DNA from: Vitrella brassicaformis CCMP3155
Lineage: Eukaryota; Protista; Chromerida
Assembly: GCA_001179505.1 (NCBI GenBank)
Contig: CDMY01000859.1
Location: 62,001 to 126,000, forward strand
DNA: 64,000 nt
Reading direction: 5' to 3'
Each line of letters begins with the position of its first letter. Position 1 is the stretch's first letter. The translations under genes were made by a program, and so were the position numbers. This document shows, piece by piece, positions 14,017 to 26,200 of the stretch. The notes below the pieces were generated by a model that was given only the letters and a program-made list of their open reading frames with translations, searched no databases and was not told where the DNA came from.

Positions 14017-16480
14017 TCACTGCCCTCCTCCGAAGACGCCCGCGATGGCCTTGCCGATGGTCTCGACGCCCTCCTTGATGCAGCTGAGTGCCGCCCAGCT
14101 CCTCATGGAGAGATCCTGGCGGGCCGATCGCACCTCCCAGAGACCTGGGTAGGCGGCGCTGGGTTGCCACCATTCCCGCTCCTCCGTGAACGGGTTCCAC
14201 ACCCATCCCGTCTGCACGTGGTGCCCCCCCACGCTGACCAGCTTGGGTGCCCCCGCCGTGAAGGGGATGTGGTGCGCCGGGATCGGGACGCCGTGCGGCC
14301 CGAAGATGACCGGCAGGGAAGGCACTGGCCGAGCAGCTGCAGCAGGTGGTGGTGGTGGTGGTGTGGACGGATGTGCTGGCGGTGGTGACGGTGTGGTCGT
14401 GTCTGGCGGTGCGTCTGGGGCGGGGGGTGGCAGGTCGTCCTCATCGTCTTCCTCACCGACGTCTACGCAATCGCCAGCTGAGCGAGGGAGGGGCGGTGCG
14501 ATGCAAGGGAAATGGGGCTGTGGGGCCGTGCAGTGGGGCTGACTGGTGGGGGCGGGCTCCTCACTCTCGTCCTCGTCGTTGCCCACATCTACACAGTCCC
14601 CGTCTGGCGTGGGAGGCGGGAGGGATGCCGGGATGGCCAGGCGGTGGGGCGCCTTGGCGGGGTGGTGGGGCGGGATGGTGCTGCGGCTCAGGGATGGCTG
14701 CTGCGGCGTGGCCGCGACCCTCTGCACCTCCTGCTTCCTCGGGGCGACGAAGGCGGTGCCGTTCTTGACGGCGTCGAGCACCTCTGGAGACTGCAGGAAT
14801 GCCAGTACGGCCTCCAGCGAGTCCCGGATCTCCTTGAGAGTGCTCCTCCTCGACTGGTCGGCCACCAGGCCGCCCCGCTCCTCTCTTGTCTGGCCGGGCT
14901 GGTCCTCCAAAGTCGTGTATGCGATCGCGGTGAGCCTCCTCCTCCACTCGGTCAGCCACTCCACGCCCTGCTCGTTGCCCAGGTACCACAGCCCCTGGTC
15001 GATGTGGTGGCCGCAGCCCTCTGGCGGGAATGAGGGGAGGCCGACCATGGGGTGGTTGGGGTCGGTGATGACCAGGGCGCCCTCGCGCGTGAAGTCCTCC
15101 CAGTTGCTCAGCAGAGTCGCCTCCGCCTCTTCCTGGGCTTGTCTGGGACGCAGCTTCTCGCCCGTCCTCAACTCCCTCTCGCCCATGATAAACCTTTTGA
15201 GATTGTCCAGCCTGTCGAGCAGTGACCGCCCGCGCGCCGCGGCGTAGATGAGCATGCAGAAAGACCACGCGAGGGTCGGCTCGCCCAGCCACACGTCTCC
15301 CTCCCCCGACGACGGCCCTGAGAGGACGGCCTGCACCTCCGGCGGCGTGAAAGTGGCGGTGCCGGTGGGCAGCTGCTTCTGCTTCCTCCGCTCCTCGAAG
15401 TCGGTGGACACGAGGACGGCGAACGGGCCGAGATGGTCTGGGGGTGGGATGGAGTGCTCGGCCCTGGCCTTGGCGACTATGACATTGACCAAGTCGATGG
15501 CCTTGGCGCGCTGCTCGTCGCCGCCATCTGCTGCCACCGCTGCCGATGCTGCTGATGCTGAGGGTGTTGGGGATTCTAGGGCGGCTCGGGGGAGCATGAT
15601 GTTGTTGCAGAACCCGTCAAGGTGGAGCATGCCCAGGGAGTATGCCGCCTCGTGGGCCTCCAGGACGAGGAGAAGGGCGCGTGTGATGATGATGGTCTCA
15701 CGCCAGAGTTCCGCCCTCGCCTCTGGGGTGTTGCCCTCCTTGGCAAATGCAAATGCCTCGCAGGCGTCGACCACGTTGTGCTTGGTCTCGCCCTTGCTGC
15801 CAGGCCTCGCCGGGCGCCAGCCAAAAAACACACTCAACTCTACCCACTTGTCCTCTGCACACCCAACACCAACACACACCCGAGCACGAGAGCAGAGGTA
15901 TGGTCGTTGTCTTCTAGAAGGACCGACACTCTCTGTGTGCCGTGCAGTGCAGCCCACCCACCCACTCACCGCTAAGCAGTGGACTCGCTATGCACAGGGC
16001 TTCCCTCCTACTGCCGTCGGCGCCGGTGACGATGGCGGGGTTCTGTGGGTCGGTGTCGGAGGCCAGCAGGTGGAGGAAGGGATAGCGGCCGGCCGCTTGC
16101 CGCATTCGCTCCTCCTCGACCTCGAATTCCCTCTCCTTCTTGGCCCACGCTGGGTCCGCCGGGTCGCCGACGAACGCCATCTTGACGGCCGCCTCGTGCT
16201 CACGCCCTCCCTGCTGCAGCCGGGCTGCCCTGACGACGCCCGTCACCCCCTCGCCAACGATGGCGGCTTCCCCTCCCTCAAACACCGCCCTACTGCTGCT
16301 GCTGCTGAACCGGATGCTGCTACTACTGCTACTGCTGCTGCTGCTGGTCGCCATGTTGTTGCTGTGGTGCTGCTGGCGACGGTATTGCGATGGGCACGGC
16401 TGGCCAGGGGACGGCTGCGCCTGATCCGCGCCGACGGGTCGTAGACTTTGGTCGTGGGTGCTGGTGCTGCTGCTGGGCAT
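14017..16480 (-). CDS. Divergent non-RD protein kinase, paralog 1 (exons ~16480-15970 and 15854-14017)
   Basis: VGEGVTG (G-loop), AAVKM (beta3 Lys), EEERM (alphaC), LHLDGFCNN (catalytic loop), AIDLVN (DFG-equivalent), GTATFTPPE (APE). Followed by a Pro/acidic linker and a W-rich tail. Start codon uncertain. Confidence 0.85.
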
Positions 16481-16892
16481 GTGTGCTCTCTTCTGCGCGA
16501 GGACCTTTTCTCGTCGACGCCTTTTCTCGCCATGAATATCTCGCCGCGCTTATCCATGGGTTCCTTGCTGTCTGCATGAAATCCATCCATCCATTCATCC
16601 GGTGTGACGGACACGGCTGGGTGGAGGCGCCGCAGACAGCGGAGATGCTGGCGGCACAATTCATTCAAGACCCTTCCATTGGCAAAAGAATGTCAAACAA
16701 CCCATAGTGCCGTCACACTCAGCCGTGGTAACACAACACACACCACGAGGCACATAGCAGGTCCGCACCCGAGGCCATCCCGTCCTCCTATCTCTCCATG
16801 TGCCTTATTCGGGTCAGGTTTCCTCCTCTACATGCCCGTGGTCTCTCGCCACCTTGCATCTTCCCTCGACAACGACAGATCAAGCTCAGGAC

Positions 16893-16952
16893 GGAGAGAC
16901 AGAGAGAGAGAGAGGGAGAGAGAGGGAGAGAGAAAGAGAGAAAGGGAGAGAC

Positions 16953-16985
<33 letters not shown>

Positions 16986-17075
16986 GAGAAAGAGAGGGAG
17001 GGAGGGAGAGACAGAGGGAGGGAGAGAGGGAGGGAGAGACAGAGGCAGGAAGAGACAAAGGAGGGAGGGAAAGAG
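16893..17075. repeat. Long (GA)/(GGGA) microsatellite
   Basis: About 180 bp of almost pure purine repeat. Confidence 0.95.
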
Positions 17076-17557
17076 GATAGACCGTTTGATGCTGCCGTCG
17101 TTGACGAAAGAAATTGCGGCTGTGGGTGCATGGAGGGGCTGTCTCGTGTGTGTTGTTGATGATGTGAGTCTTGGATTTGGGCGTGTCGCTACTCCTCGTT
17201 GGATGGATGGAGGATGGCTTCTGCGTTGTTCGACAGCCCGATCAGCGACGCTCAGATGTCTGTGCGTGTGTGTGCAGAGAGGGGTCATCTGGCCAGTGCG
17301 AATCTTGCACGTTGCGTGTGTTTCCCTCACTGACAATCTATGTGTGAATGGCTTCCACAGACCCGATGTGACACTCAACTACATCAGTTGCCGCCATGTA
17401 TTCAGAGCCAGAAGTCGGTTGGTCCATCAGATGTACACACATACACACACGCATACGCCAGCCACACCAGCCATGACGAAGGCAGACATACGCAGAAACG
17501 CCGTGAGTCCTTCCCCTGCCTCCTCTTATCGATTAATCGTATTCTTTCTTTGTCAGT

Positions 17558-19790
17558 TCATACTCTGATCGTATGACCCTTCAGATCTGCCCGGACCCGC
17601 ATGCCCTGACGGGTCATGGCATCATATGTGAAGCTGATGATGGTGAAGTCGCCCACTCGCATGCCGTTTGGGAGCAGCTGTCGAATGGCATCGAGAAGCT
17701 CGCCAGACCGATTTGCGCCAGACCATCCCGGCAGATCCAGCGTCACACAGCCCAGGCCACGCACGCCGGCGTTGAGCAGAGACGTGAGGCCGCGGCGAAT
17801 GCGCTCGGCAGCGTCAAAGGGCTCCAAGCCGTCGGGCACTGAATGGAGGAAGACACAGACACAAGGCGGATGCACACACACACAAGGTGGACAGACAAGC
17901 ACCTTCCTGAGCTCACTGCCTTGTCGGCATACCTGAGAGGTACATTTGTAGAGTGCCAATCGCTGGCACGTTCGCTGGCAGGCTACTCGACCCCCATCCG
18001 TCAAAGGCGCCGCTCTGGGTGACACTGACCTGATCCCCGCCGAGTGAGCCACCGACCTGGACACGGTGCACCTCCCTCCCCGCCCCCAGCGCCTCCAGCA
18101 CCCCCACCATCTCCTGTCGGCCGATACCGCTACTGAACTTCACTCTGCCCACCTCCCTGGGCATCTTCTCCGCCAAAAGCCGGCCCGCAGCACTGCCCAC
18201 AGCACTCTCGATATGCAACTCACAACACTACCGCAAAGGCCGCAGGTGGGTGCTGATGGAGAACTGCTGCAGGTGGCTGATGATAGTGGGGGCGGGTGGC
18301 TGGGTGCCGGGAGGGGGGACGAAGCCAGGGGCGTTGGCGACCACCACCTCGACGCTGCGGGATTCGAGGCTCTGTGCGATCTTGATGGCGGACTCGCTGG
18401 GCCTGTCGATGGGGTGGGTGAGGTCGTGCTGACTGATGGTGTAGGACACCTCCCCCGCCTGCCGTGCCGCCTGTTGGATGGCCGTCTTGATGAAGGGGGA
18501 TGCGCGACGGGGGAAGTCGTTGGCGTAGAAAAGTGACAGGTCGAAATCCTGGCGGGCACCGCCGGTGAACGTCACTGTGACGGGGACGTCCGGCGACACA
18601 CAGCATGTGTCGATGAAACCGTCGACAGCGAGCAGGACAGAGAGGCCGCCGCGGTCCCCGAAGTGTGGGATCTCCATGTCGAGCCTCTTGAGCGACTTCT
18701 GACACCCGCGCGATGTCAGCGCCTCCTACAGATGCAAAGAGAGAGACACATTCGTATGTGTACACACATCCGTATGTATCACGCCTCTCTGTACAGTGTG
18801 ATGGGTGCTTGCCTGCAGTCGCTTGACTCCTTCCAGGCATTGCTCCGAGGTCTCTCCAAGCTCGTGCTCCATCCCCTCGATGGTCTGCAGGTGTCTGAGC
18901 CCCTCGAAGGTCTGCAGGTGTCTGAGGGGCCCCGGCTGCCCAGGAGGAGCGTTGGGGAAGTGCGCAAACACGGCCGCCCACTCCCTCCAGGTCGGTCTCA
19001 CCCTCAAATACGAAAACCGCCGCCAAACCTCCCCCACCCGCCTCAGCGACGACGACGACCCGATGAATCGGCCTAGCGCGTCGGCATCCCACTCCTCCAC
19101 CTCCATGCACTCGAGAGCGGGCATCTTCCACCCCCTCTCGGCCAGCACACGGTGGTCTCGGAGGGCTCCCGTGACGCTCTTGAGCGAGGGGAGGAGGGGG
19201 CAAGACGCAGAGGAAGAGGAAGAGGGCTGCCGGCTCCGGCTCCGCGCTGTGCGGAAGACGTACAAACCGGTGTCGAAGTTGGAGTTGGTGTTGGTGTCGG
19301 TGGCGAAGTCGATGGTCTCTAGACTGCCCCCCATGTGCTGCTGGCCCTCTTTCTCGCACGTCTCGTGCCGCCCAGCAGCATGGCCCTCCACTATGCTGAT
19401 CATGTTCTCCAGGCACCACGACCGGTCGGAGGGTGGCTGGACGAGGGTGAGGGCTGTCAAATTGAGGAGCTGTTTGCCGAAGTCGAAAGCGTCCCCAGGC
19501 CTCATGCTCTCCCAGAACTGGCGGGCTGCAGCTGTGGAGCTGTCGATGGTGATGTGGGTGTACTGATAGAGGACAGCGTGGCGGATGCTCTGTGTGGCAC
19601 CACCGCCACAGGTGGCGGATGAAAGGCACACAGCACCATTGGCTGACTCAGCAGGTAGCTGCCTGTCACTGTCACCAATCAGCCCTGTTGCCGGCCGCTG
19701 TGTCGCCAAGTGCCTCCCTGCCCTTCGCTCAGGCGATGGCAGCGAACTCGTCGCAGACACAGAGAAACCCAACCACCACAAACTTGCAGA
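17558..19790 (-). pseudogene. Member of a large lineage-specific (Vitrella-type) helical/LRR-like family with an in-frame TAG at 18228-18230
   Basis: Long spliceable frames (WCLENMISIVEGHAAG; RGWKMPALE; FYANDFPRRASPFIKTAIQQ; ELHIESAVGSAAGRLLAEKMP). ORFs 18228..18677 and 17913..18218 are the same frame separated by one TAG. A paralog lies at 60129-61921. Confidence 0.65.
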
Positions 19791-19811
19791 ACACACTCAT
19801 GACACACGCCG

Positions 19812-20123
19812 GCTTGTGGCCCTTTGTCGGTTCTTCATCGTCTTTTTCCATTCGGTAGAAGCGCCGCATGTCGTCGGCCTTGACCTCCCTGTTGCGTCTG
19901 CCGTAGGGATCAACCACCGTGTGCGTCTGGAAGGCCTTGTCATCGAACATCCTGACAGCCACACAGACACAGGCGGGATCAATGGGGGCGATGGATGGAC
20001 TGATGGATTGGTGCGTGTTTTGTACCTGTGGAATCTGTCATCGATGAGGGTCCTCCTGGTCTTGAGCGGCGCCTTCTTGAAGCGCGGGTTGCTGGACGGA
20101 TCAAACCGGGGATCCATCGCCAT
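19812..20123 (-). pseudogene. ESF1: Isolated 5' fragment (two exons) of a pre-rRNA processing ESF1-like gene
   Basis: Spliced (intron 20025-19952): MAMDPRFDPSSNPRFKKAPLKTRRTLIDDRFHRMFDDKAFQTHTVVDPYGRRNREVKADDMRRFYRMEKDDEE. This matches the ESF1 N-terminal pattern DPRF..PRF...IDxRFxxMFxDxxF...VDxxGR...DLxxFY as I recall it; no further ESF1 exons were seen. Confidence 0.7.
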
Positions 20124-20252
20124 CACGACAACGCAGTCCGCAGACCTGATGGCAGATCTTCGGACTTGAGCTAAGCTCGCAAATTGAGCTCGCAGGGTCG
20201 ACAGGAAGGGATCGCATTCATCAGACGGGCTTTGTGATGATGCGAGCCAGGA

Positions 20253-23200
20253 GCTGAGCCAATGAAAGCAAAGAATGCAGCAAAGCATCGCAACTTTGTA
20301 CCCCCACCCATCATTTTTCCACGGTCTGTGAGTGAGTGTACTGTGTGCAGCGACAAGGCAGCCACGTTCCCTCCGCCCCTCAGCCATGCAACGACCTCTT
20401 GCAGAAATGTCATGCAAGAGCTACAGACGCGATCCACGGAATGTCATGCAGACCCTCATTCGTATGTATAGGTACACAGCTTACACAAACGCGTAAGCAA
20501 CAGAGTGAGCTGTGTACGCTTCTACACATGTGGTCAATGCACAATCTGCCGGCCCGCCGGCAGTTTCACCCACTGAAAGATGCAGGAGGAAGCAGGCAGA
20601 CAGGGAGGTCACATCGAACATCACGTACGTGTTAGACCCAAACACGTATATCATATATACGTGTTCGGGTTTAACACCTACGTGATGTTGACATGATCTT
20701 TCCCTCACCCCTCACCCCTTCCTCCCCCTCCCTGTCTGTCTGCCTGCCTGCCCCAACCACACAGCACAGCTCACCCGTAAAGACACAGACAGACAGACAG
20801 ACAGACGGACAGACAGACAGACAGGAGGGCAGACAGGCGGGCAGCTTCCCGCGCCACACAGCACCCGTCGTAAATCAATACAACCAGACAGGAGTGTGGG
20901 TGTGTCGGTTGTATTGATCTACGACGGGTGTTGTGTGGCGAGGTGAAGCGCTATGAGTGAAGGTGCACGCCCTCGGTGTTCACGGCAATGTCAAGCAGAC
21001 ACGCACAGCAAGCCATAGAAGTGTCCATACCTATGCACAGTGTGCCGGGCCGTCGGCGGTTTCACCCACTGAGCACTGGACTGCTGCGCGTGGGTGAACG
21101 TGTGACGGCCAGCAGGCACGCAAGATGGGAGCAAAACCTGCTCCCTCGTTCTCTCCGCTGGCCATCATCTGTACACCATAGTCAGTCCATCAGAGAGAGA
21201 GAGAGAGAGTAAGCGAAGAGGGAAGAACCCACCCATCAGCTTGCAGCAGTCTCGTGTGCGGCGGTGCAATATCCATGGTGGTGCAAGCACACGTCTGGCC
21301 TGCCAGCCGCCGACGCATAAGTAGCAGGCGCACCCCTCGCTGGCTATGCCATCCGCCGCCGACAAGAGCGGTCTCCCCAGGCACCGCCCACCATTCATCA
21401 CACACATACACACACTACACACTCAAATACACACACAGCCACGTATGTGTATGTGTGTGTATGTAGGCATGGAAGTCAGTCAGTCAGTCGGCCTTGCTGT
21501 TTCTCTCCATTTCTACCAGCCATGCAGGCTTGTTCATGTGCCTCCCCCGCCCAGCGTTGGCGTCGGGCGGCTCCTCGCTCTCTGTCGTCTGGTGGTAGGC
21601 CGCCCTCCCTCTCCCCTTCCCTCGCCCTTGGCCCCTGCCTCGTGGCCTGCCTCCATCTGTGCGGTCATCGCCGCTCGAGCTAGCACCTCCCCAACCTCTA
21701 CCGCCGTCAGACCCCAAGCCTTCTCCGCTGCCCCACCCCTCTCCACGACGACCCCCACCCACGCCGCTCGTCTTGCCCTCCTCCTCGGCCATGAGGTACC
21801 GCGCCAGTGCCGTCACGTCCTCACCACTGCCCTGATGCTGCTGGGGGTCTTCTCCCGGCCAGATGCCGTTCTGGGGGACTCGGACCATCGGGCCGTCCAC
21901 GGTGCTTGGCCACTCCTCCAACTCCTCCACGCTGACCGGCTCTGCGTCGAGGCTGGTTGGCCAAGCCGGTAGGCCGGGTGAGAGGGGCTGCTGGTCATTG
22001 TGTGCGTGTGGGCGTCGGTATGCCGATGGGCCCATGGGTGAGGACGTGCGGGCTGTCTCGACGGCGAGACGCGGAGGCCGACACGCCGAGACGCCTGGGA
22101 TCTCGGTCCTCTGGCACACCTGTAGCATACACATGAAGACATGGATAGTTGCGGGTCTCTGCCACGGTCCGTGCGTGTGCGCCTCACCTCGGTCCCGAAG
22201 AGCTGTCGACTTGTCGTGGCGGTGCGCATCCAAGCCGCCGCCCCGCTCCCTCTCCTTGCCGTCATCCAGGTGCCCACGGGACGATGCCTCCGATGGATCA
22301 CGTGAGGGGCGAGACAGGCCAATGCCGTATCGGTCGCGCCGACACAATCCGTCGTCATCGCGAGGCCAACCACGCCCTGCCCCCAACACCTCACGCACAC
22401 TCGCGGATGTCGGGTGGATTCTCCGCACGCAGGGGATGTCATGGTGAGGGTGGTGAGGGTTTGTATTGATCGTTTGTATTGATCGTTTGTATTGTGGTGG
22501 GCTGGGAGGCCGGGAGCCCTCTGACGAGATGGATCGCGAGCGGTGGGGAGAGCGGCGACGGACGGAGCGGCGAGGAGAGAGGTGGAATCTGGGCAGGGGG
22601 GGAGGATCTGATAGAGACATCCATCCATTCATCCATCCATCGGCGTGTGTTGGATGGTGTATGGGTCGCTCTCTCAACACCCACCACGCTGGTTTGGGCT
22701 CTGTGCGAAGGCCACCAGCCGGCACGCCATAGCGAACTCCTCCCAGCCGAGCCCATTCTTGTTACGGGTGACCAATCTAAGAATCTGGACGACCATAACC
22801 GCCACCACACACACACACGCACACACACGGGCAGACAAACACGTCTCGACGACTCTATGTATGCGTGTGCGCATTGTGCATTGTCCATGCCTGGTCAGCC
22901 ACTGCCACATTTATGCCCAATGTGAGTAGGATCTGTCTCGCCCTGCCGTGCCGGACGAACCCCAGGCAATCACCGCCTGCCGCTCTGACACAGGGAGACA
23001 CACACATAAAATGGTGTGGATCGAACACCTGACCCACACGCGCACCCGAATAGGCTTCTGTAGAGGGGGATCTCGTGTTGGTTGACTCGCACTGAGGGTG
23101 GTGGGGGTGGTGGGGCGTTGGTCGCAGGATGTCGACGCACGCCAGGGACACTGTTGAGGACCGCCCCGCCCCGCGCCGACCCCCCGCTCGACATGTTGCT

Positions 23201-26200
23201 ACGGCCTGCCGTTGCTGCTGATTGCGCGTTGGGTGACGATGGATCCGGAGCTGGTGCTTGGGCGAGTGCAGGAGCCGGGGATGGCTCACTGGGTGCTGCT
23301 GTGGGCTCACTGACCGCAACCCCCTCGCCCTCAACCTTCTCCGGGGTAACTGAAGGAGCCCAGCTTCTGGCAAAGACCTCGATCCGCTGGACTCGGCCCC
23401 GCTGCGGCGGCGGGATGTCTGGCCCAGTCACGGCCAGTCTCGCACGTGTGTCGCTCGAGACGCCTGGCGGCTGTGTGTGGGCAGAGGTGGTGGTGGGGTC
23501 AGGGAGCTGGAGGGTGAGGGCCTCCAGCCCCTGCAACGCGTGGTGCAGCGCGTCCTCGATCTCCGCCAGCGTGCTGCGGTCGCCCTCGTGGAAGCTGGTG
23601 GCCACTTTGCTGATGTTGCACATCTTGTCCAGCCAGTTCCTCGCCCACTCGAGGCCGCTTGGTTTGTCCAACAGGCCGCCCAGAGGGCTGTCGAGGCTCT
23701 TCTCGTCACCGAGGGTAGGGCGGCCTCGGCTGTCGATGAAGTGCTTGCGACGCGGGAGGCCCGCAGTGGCGCGCAGCTCAATCTCGAAGCGAACCTCCTC
23801 CTCCTCCCCCGGCGCCAGGGAGTCATCGATGGGGCGGCCCCGAGTGGCGGCTGAGTGGATCAGCAGTCCGCAGCAGTATGCCGCGGTCGCCTCGCCCACC
23901 CAGACGCCCTCCTGCTCCCCCTTGCCCACCAGCAGCCCTCTGGCACGGAGCTGGTTGCGGGCCTTGGCCCGCGCGTCCGCCACACCGGGCATTTCGGCCT
24001 TCTGCGCCTCGTTCCATGGGCCAGCTCGTCCGAAAGAGATGATGGTCTCCGGCGCCTGAAACGAGCGGGTGCCGCAGGGAATCTGCAGCTCCTTGAGCTG
24101 CCTGGCACAGTCCAGCGGGACGAGGGCCGTGCGGTCGGCGGGGCCCAAGAAGGTGGGCGGCTGTCGAGTGCTGGCCCTGCTGCCGGTGCTCGTCCCCGTT
24201 CGGCTGCTGCCGGTGCTGCTGCTGCTGTGGGCGCCGCTGAGGGTGATGATGTTGCCAAGGTCGATCATCCTGACGCCATTGTCGGCTGGGTATGGCCGCA
24301 GGGGCCTCTTGCCGTGCAGGGTCGTCTGGGGTATCATCACGTTCTTGTAGAAGCCGTCTGGGTGGAGGACGCCGCAGTCCATGGCTCCCCCGTGGGCCTG
24401 GACCACGAGGAGGAGGGCGCGGGTGATGACCAGGAGGTCCTGCCGCAGCAGCTCTACCCTCTCCTCGAGTGTGCTCGTGTCGATGCTGCGCTCGAAGCGA
24501 TCCACAGCCGCACCCACGTTGTATGGGGTGAGGTCGCTGACTTCCGCCCACCCAAACTGCTTGGCGGCCTCGACGAACTCATCACCTGCATTCAGGACAC
24601 ACACACAACACAGCACGACAAACACGGACCACAATGAGGGACCTGCCCGCCCCACATGACCCGCCGTCCCGGTGCCCTGATCTATCTGCTCTGGCCTGAT
24701 CTTGCTTCCCCCCTGGCTGCCCACAGTGCGTGGCTCGCTCGCTGCCTCACTCACCCTCAAGCACCTCCATGGCTATGCACAGCACGGCGGTCTTAGTGCC
24801 GTTGGCCTTTTCGTACATGGCCGGCTTGCCGGGGTCGGTGTCCGCCACCAAGAGGCGGATGAAGGGCGGCCACCCCCCCATCCGCCGCATGGCCTTGGCC
24901 TCGGCCTGCAGCTCCGCTATCCCCTGCTGCTGGGTTGGGGGATTGTTGGGCAGGAGGGTGAGCCGCTTCAAGGCCACCTCGACTGGCATGCCGTCCCCGC
25001 ACGGCAGAGGCCGCCAAAGCTTGGCCCGCACGACAGCCTCACCCTTGCCCTTGCCGAGAGTGGGGCCCTCTTCAAACTCGGCCCTGTGGCCGGTCTGAAA
25101 GACGATGGCCGACATGCTCATCGTCTGCTGCTGATGCTGCTGCTGGTGCTGGTGAGCGGACGCTGCTGAGGGAGGCACAGTAGCGCTGCTGGTGCTACTG
25201 GTCGACTCACACGACACCTGGCCGCCGATGTCGTGAGAGTCGTCGGGCGGTGTGGGCGTCGGGCCTGGTGCTGGTGCTACTCCTGGTGGAAATGTGCTCT
25301 CAGACCTGACACATCCATGTCACAACACCAAACACAACACCAAACACATAAGTGACACGTACATGGACGGATGGATGGATGGATGTGTCGTGTCGTGTTG
25401 CGTTGTGTTGTGTTGTCGTGTGTCGTCATCTCACTTGAGAGGTGGGTCGTGAGCGTCGTCAGCATCAGGATCGGTGTGCTGCTCCTTATGCTTGCTGCCA
25501 TCTCCCGCCGCAGATACGCTACGCTCGCCGCCAACAAGACCAACATCCACACACCCACTGCGTACACGCATCAACCATGCATGGGAGAAGGAAGATCAAT
25601 CAAGGAGGAGAGGCCACAGACACTTTGTGTGGGTGTGGTACAGTACCTGGTGTGGCGCGGGTGTGGCAGGCTCTCCCCTACCGCGCCACGGACGGAAACA
25701 GAGAAGAGGCGTCCTGATGGACAGGCCCGTTGGACAGCAGACGGATCTCCAGCAGCAGCCGTCTGCATCAATACACGCAGACACACAAGTTAGTTACACA
25801 TGTACACGAACGAACACTCACCCTCTTTGTTGAAGTAGTTTGGGCGGCACTCTCAGCACCTCCCGACGCGTCGCCGCTCATCTCTCCTCGCCGGTCCGTA
25901 TCAGCCGCAGAGGAGGAAGCCGCCATTGACACAAGACGCCTGCACGAGCGACAAACAAAGCGAGCGCAGAGGAAACTACGCATGAGCCTTCGTGGGGAAT
26001 GGATGCATCAGTGCCTCTCTCTCAATCTCTCTCACCTAGATGCAGTAGCCGAAACGCCTGAAGAAACGCCTCACCATGCGTGGCGCTCCCAAGGTCTCTC
26101 TGCTTCCTGCCGGCCCGCCTCGTTCACCTTCGCCAACGGTTTGCAGCCATCCGGACGGGAGGAATGTGGCGTGTGACGAACATCTTCCAAGCCCCACTAA

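Noticed and set aside
15248-16444. Long plus-strand ORFs opposite the kinases (also 23082..24059 and 43740..44909) and the long alternative-frame ORF 18220..19629
   Set aside because: Antisense or off-frame shadows of GC-rich coding sequence; no motifs and no splice support.
16788-17378. ORFs rich in ER/SL, HT, CV, DGWM or QTDR repeats here and throughout 6-13 kb and 37-39 kb
   Set aside because: Translations of (GA)n, (CA)n, (GGAT)n and (GACA)n microsatellites.
26030-26190. Possible fifth kinase N-lobe remnant (VGEGERG) downstream of the duplicated upstream element
   Set aside because: Only a glycine-loop-like heptamer; no beta3 Lys or alignable continuation.
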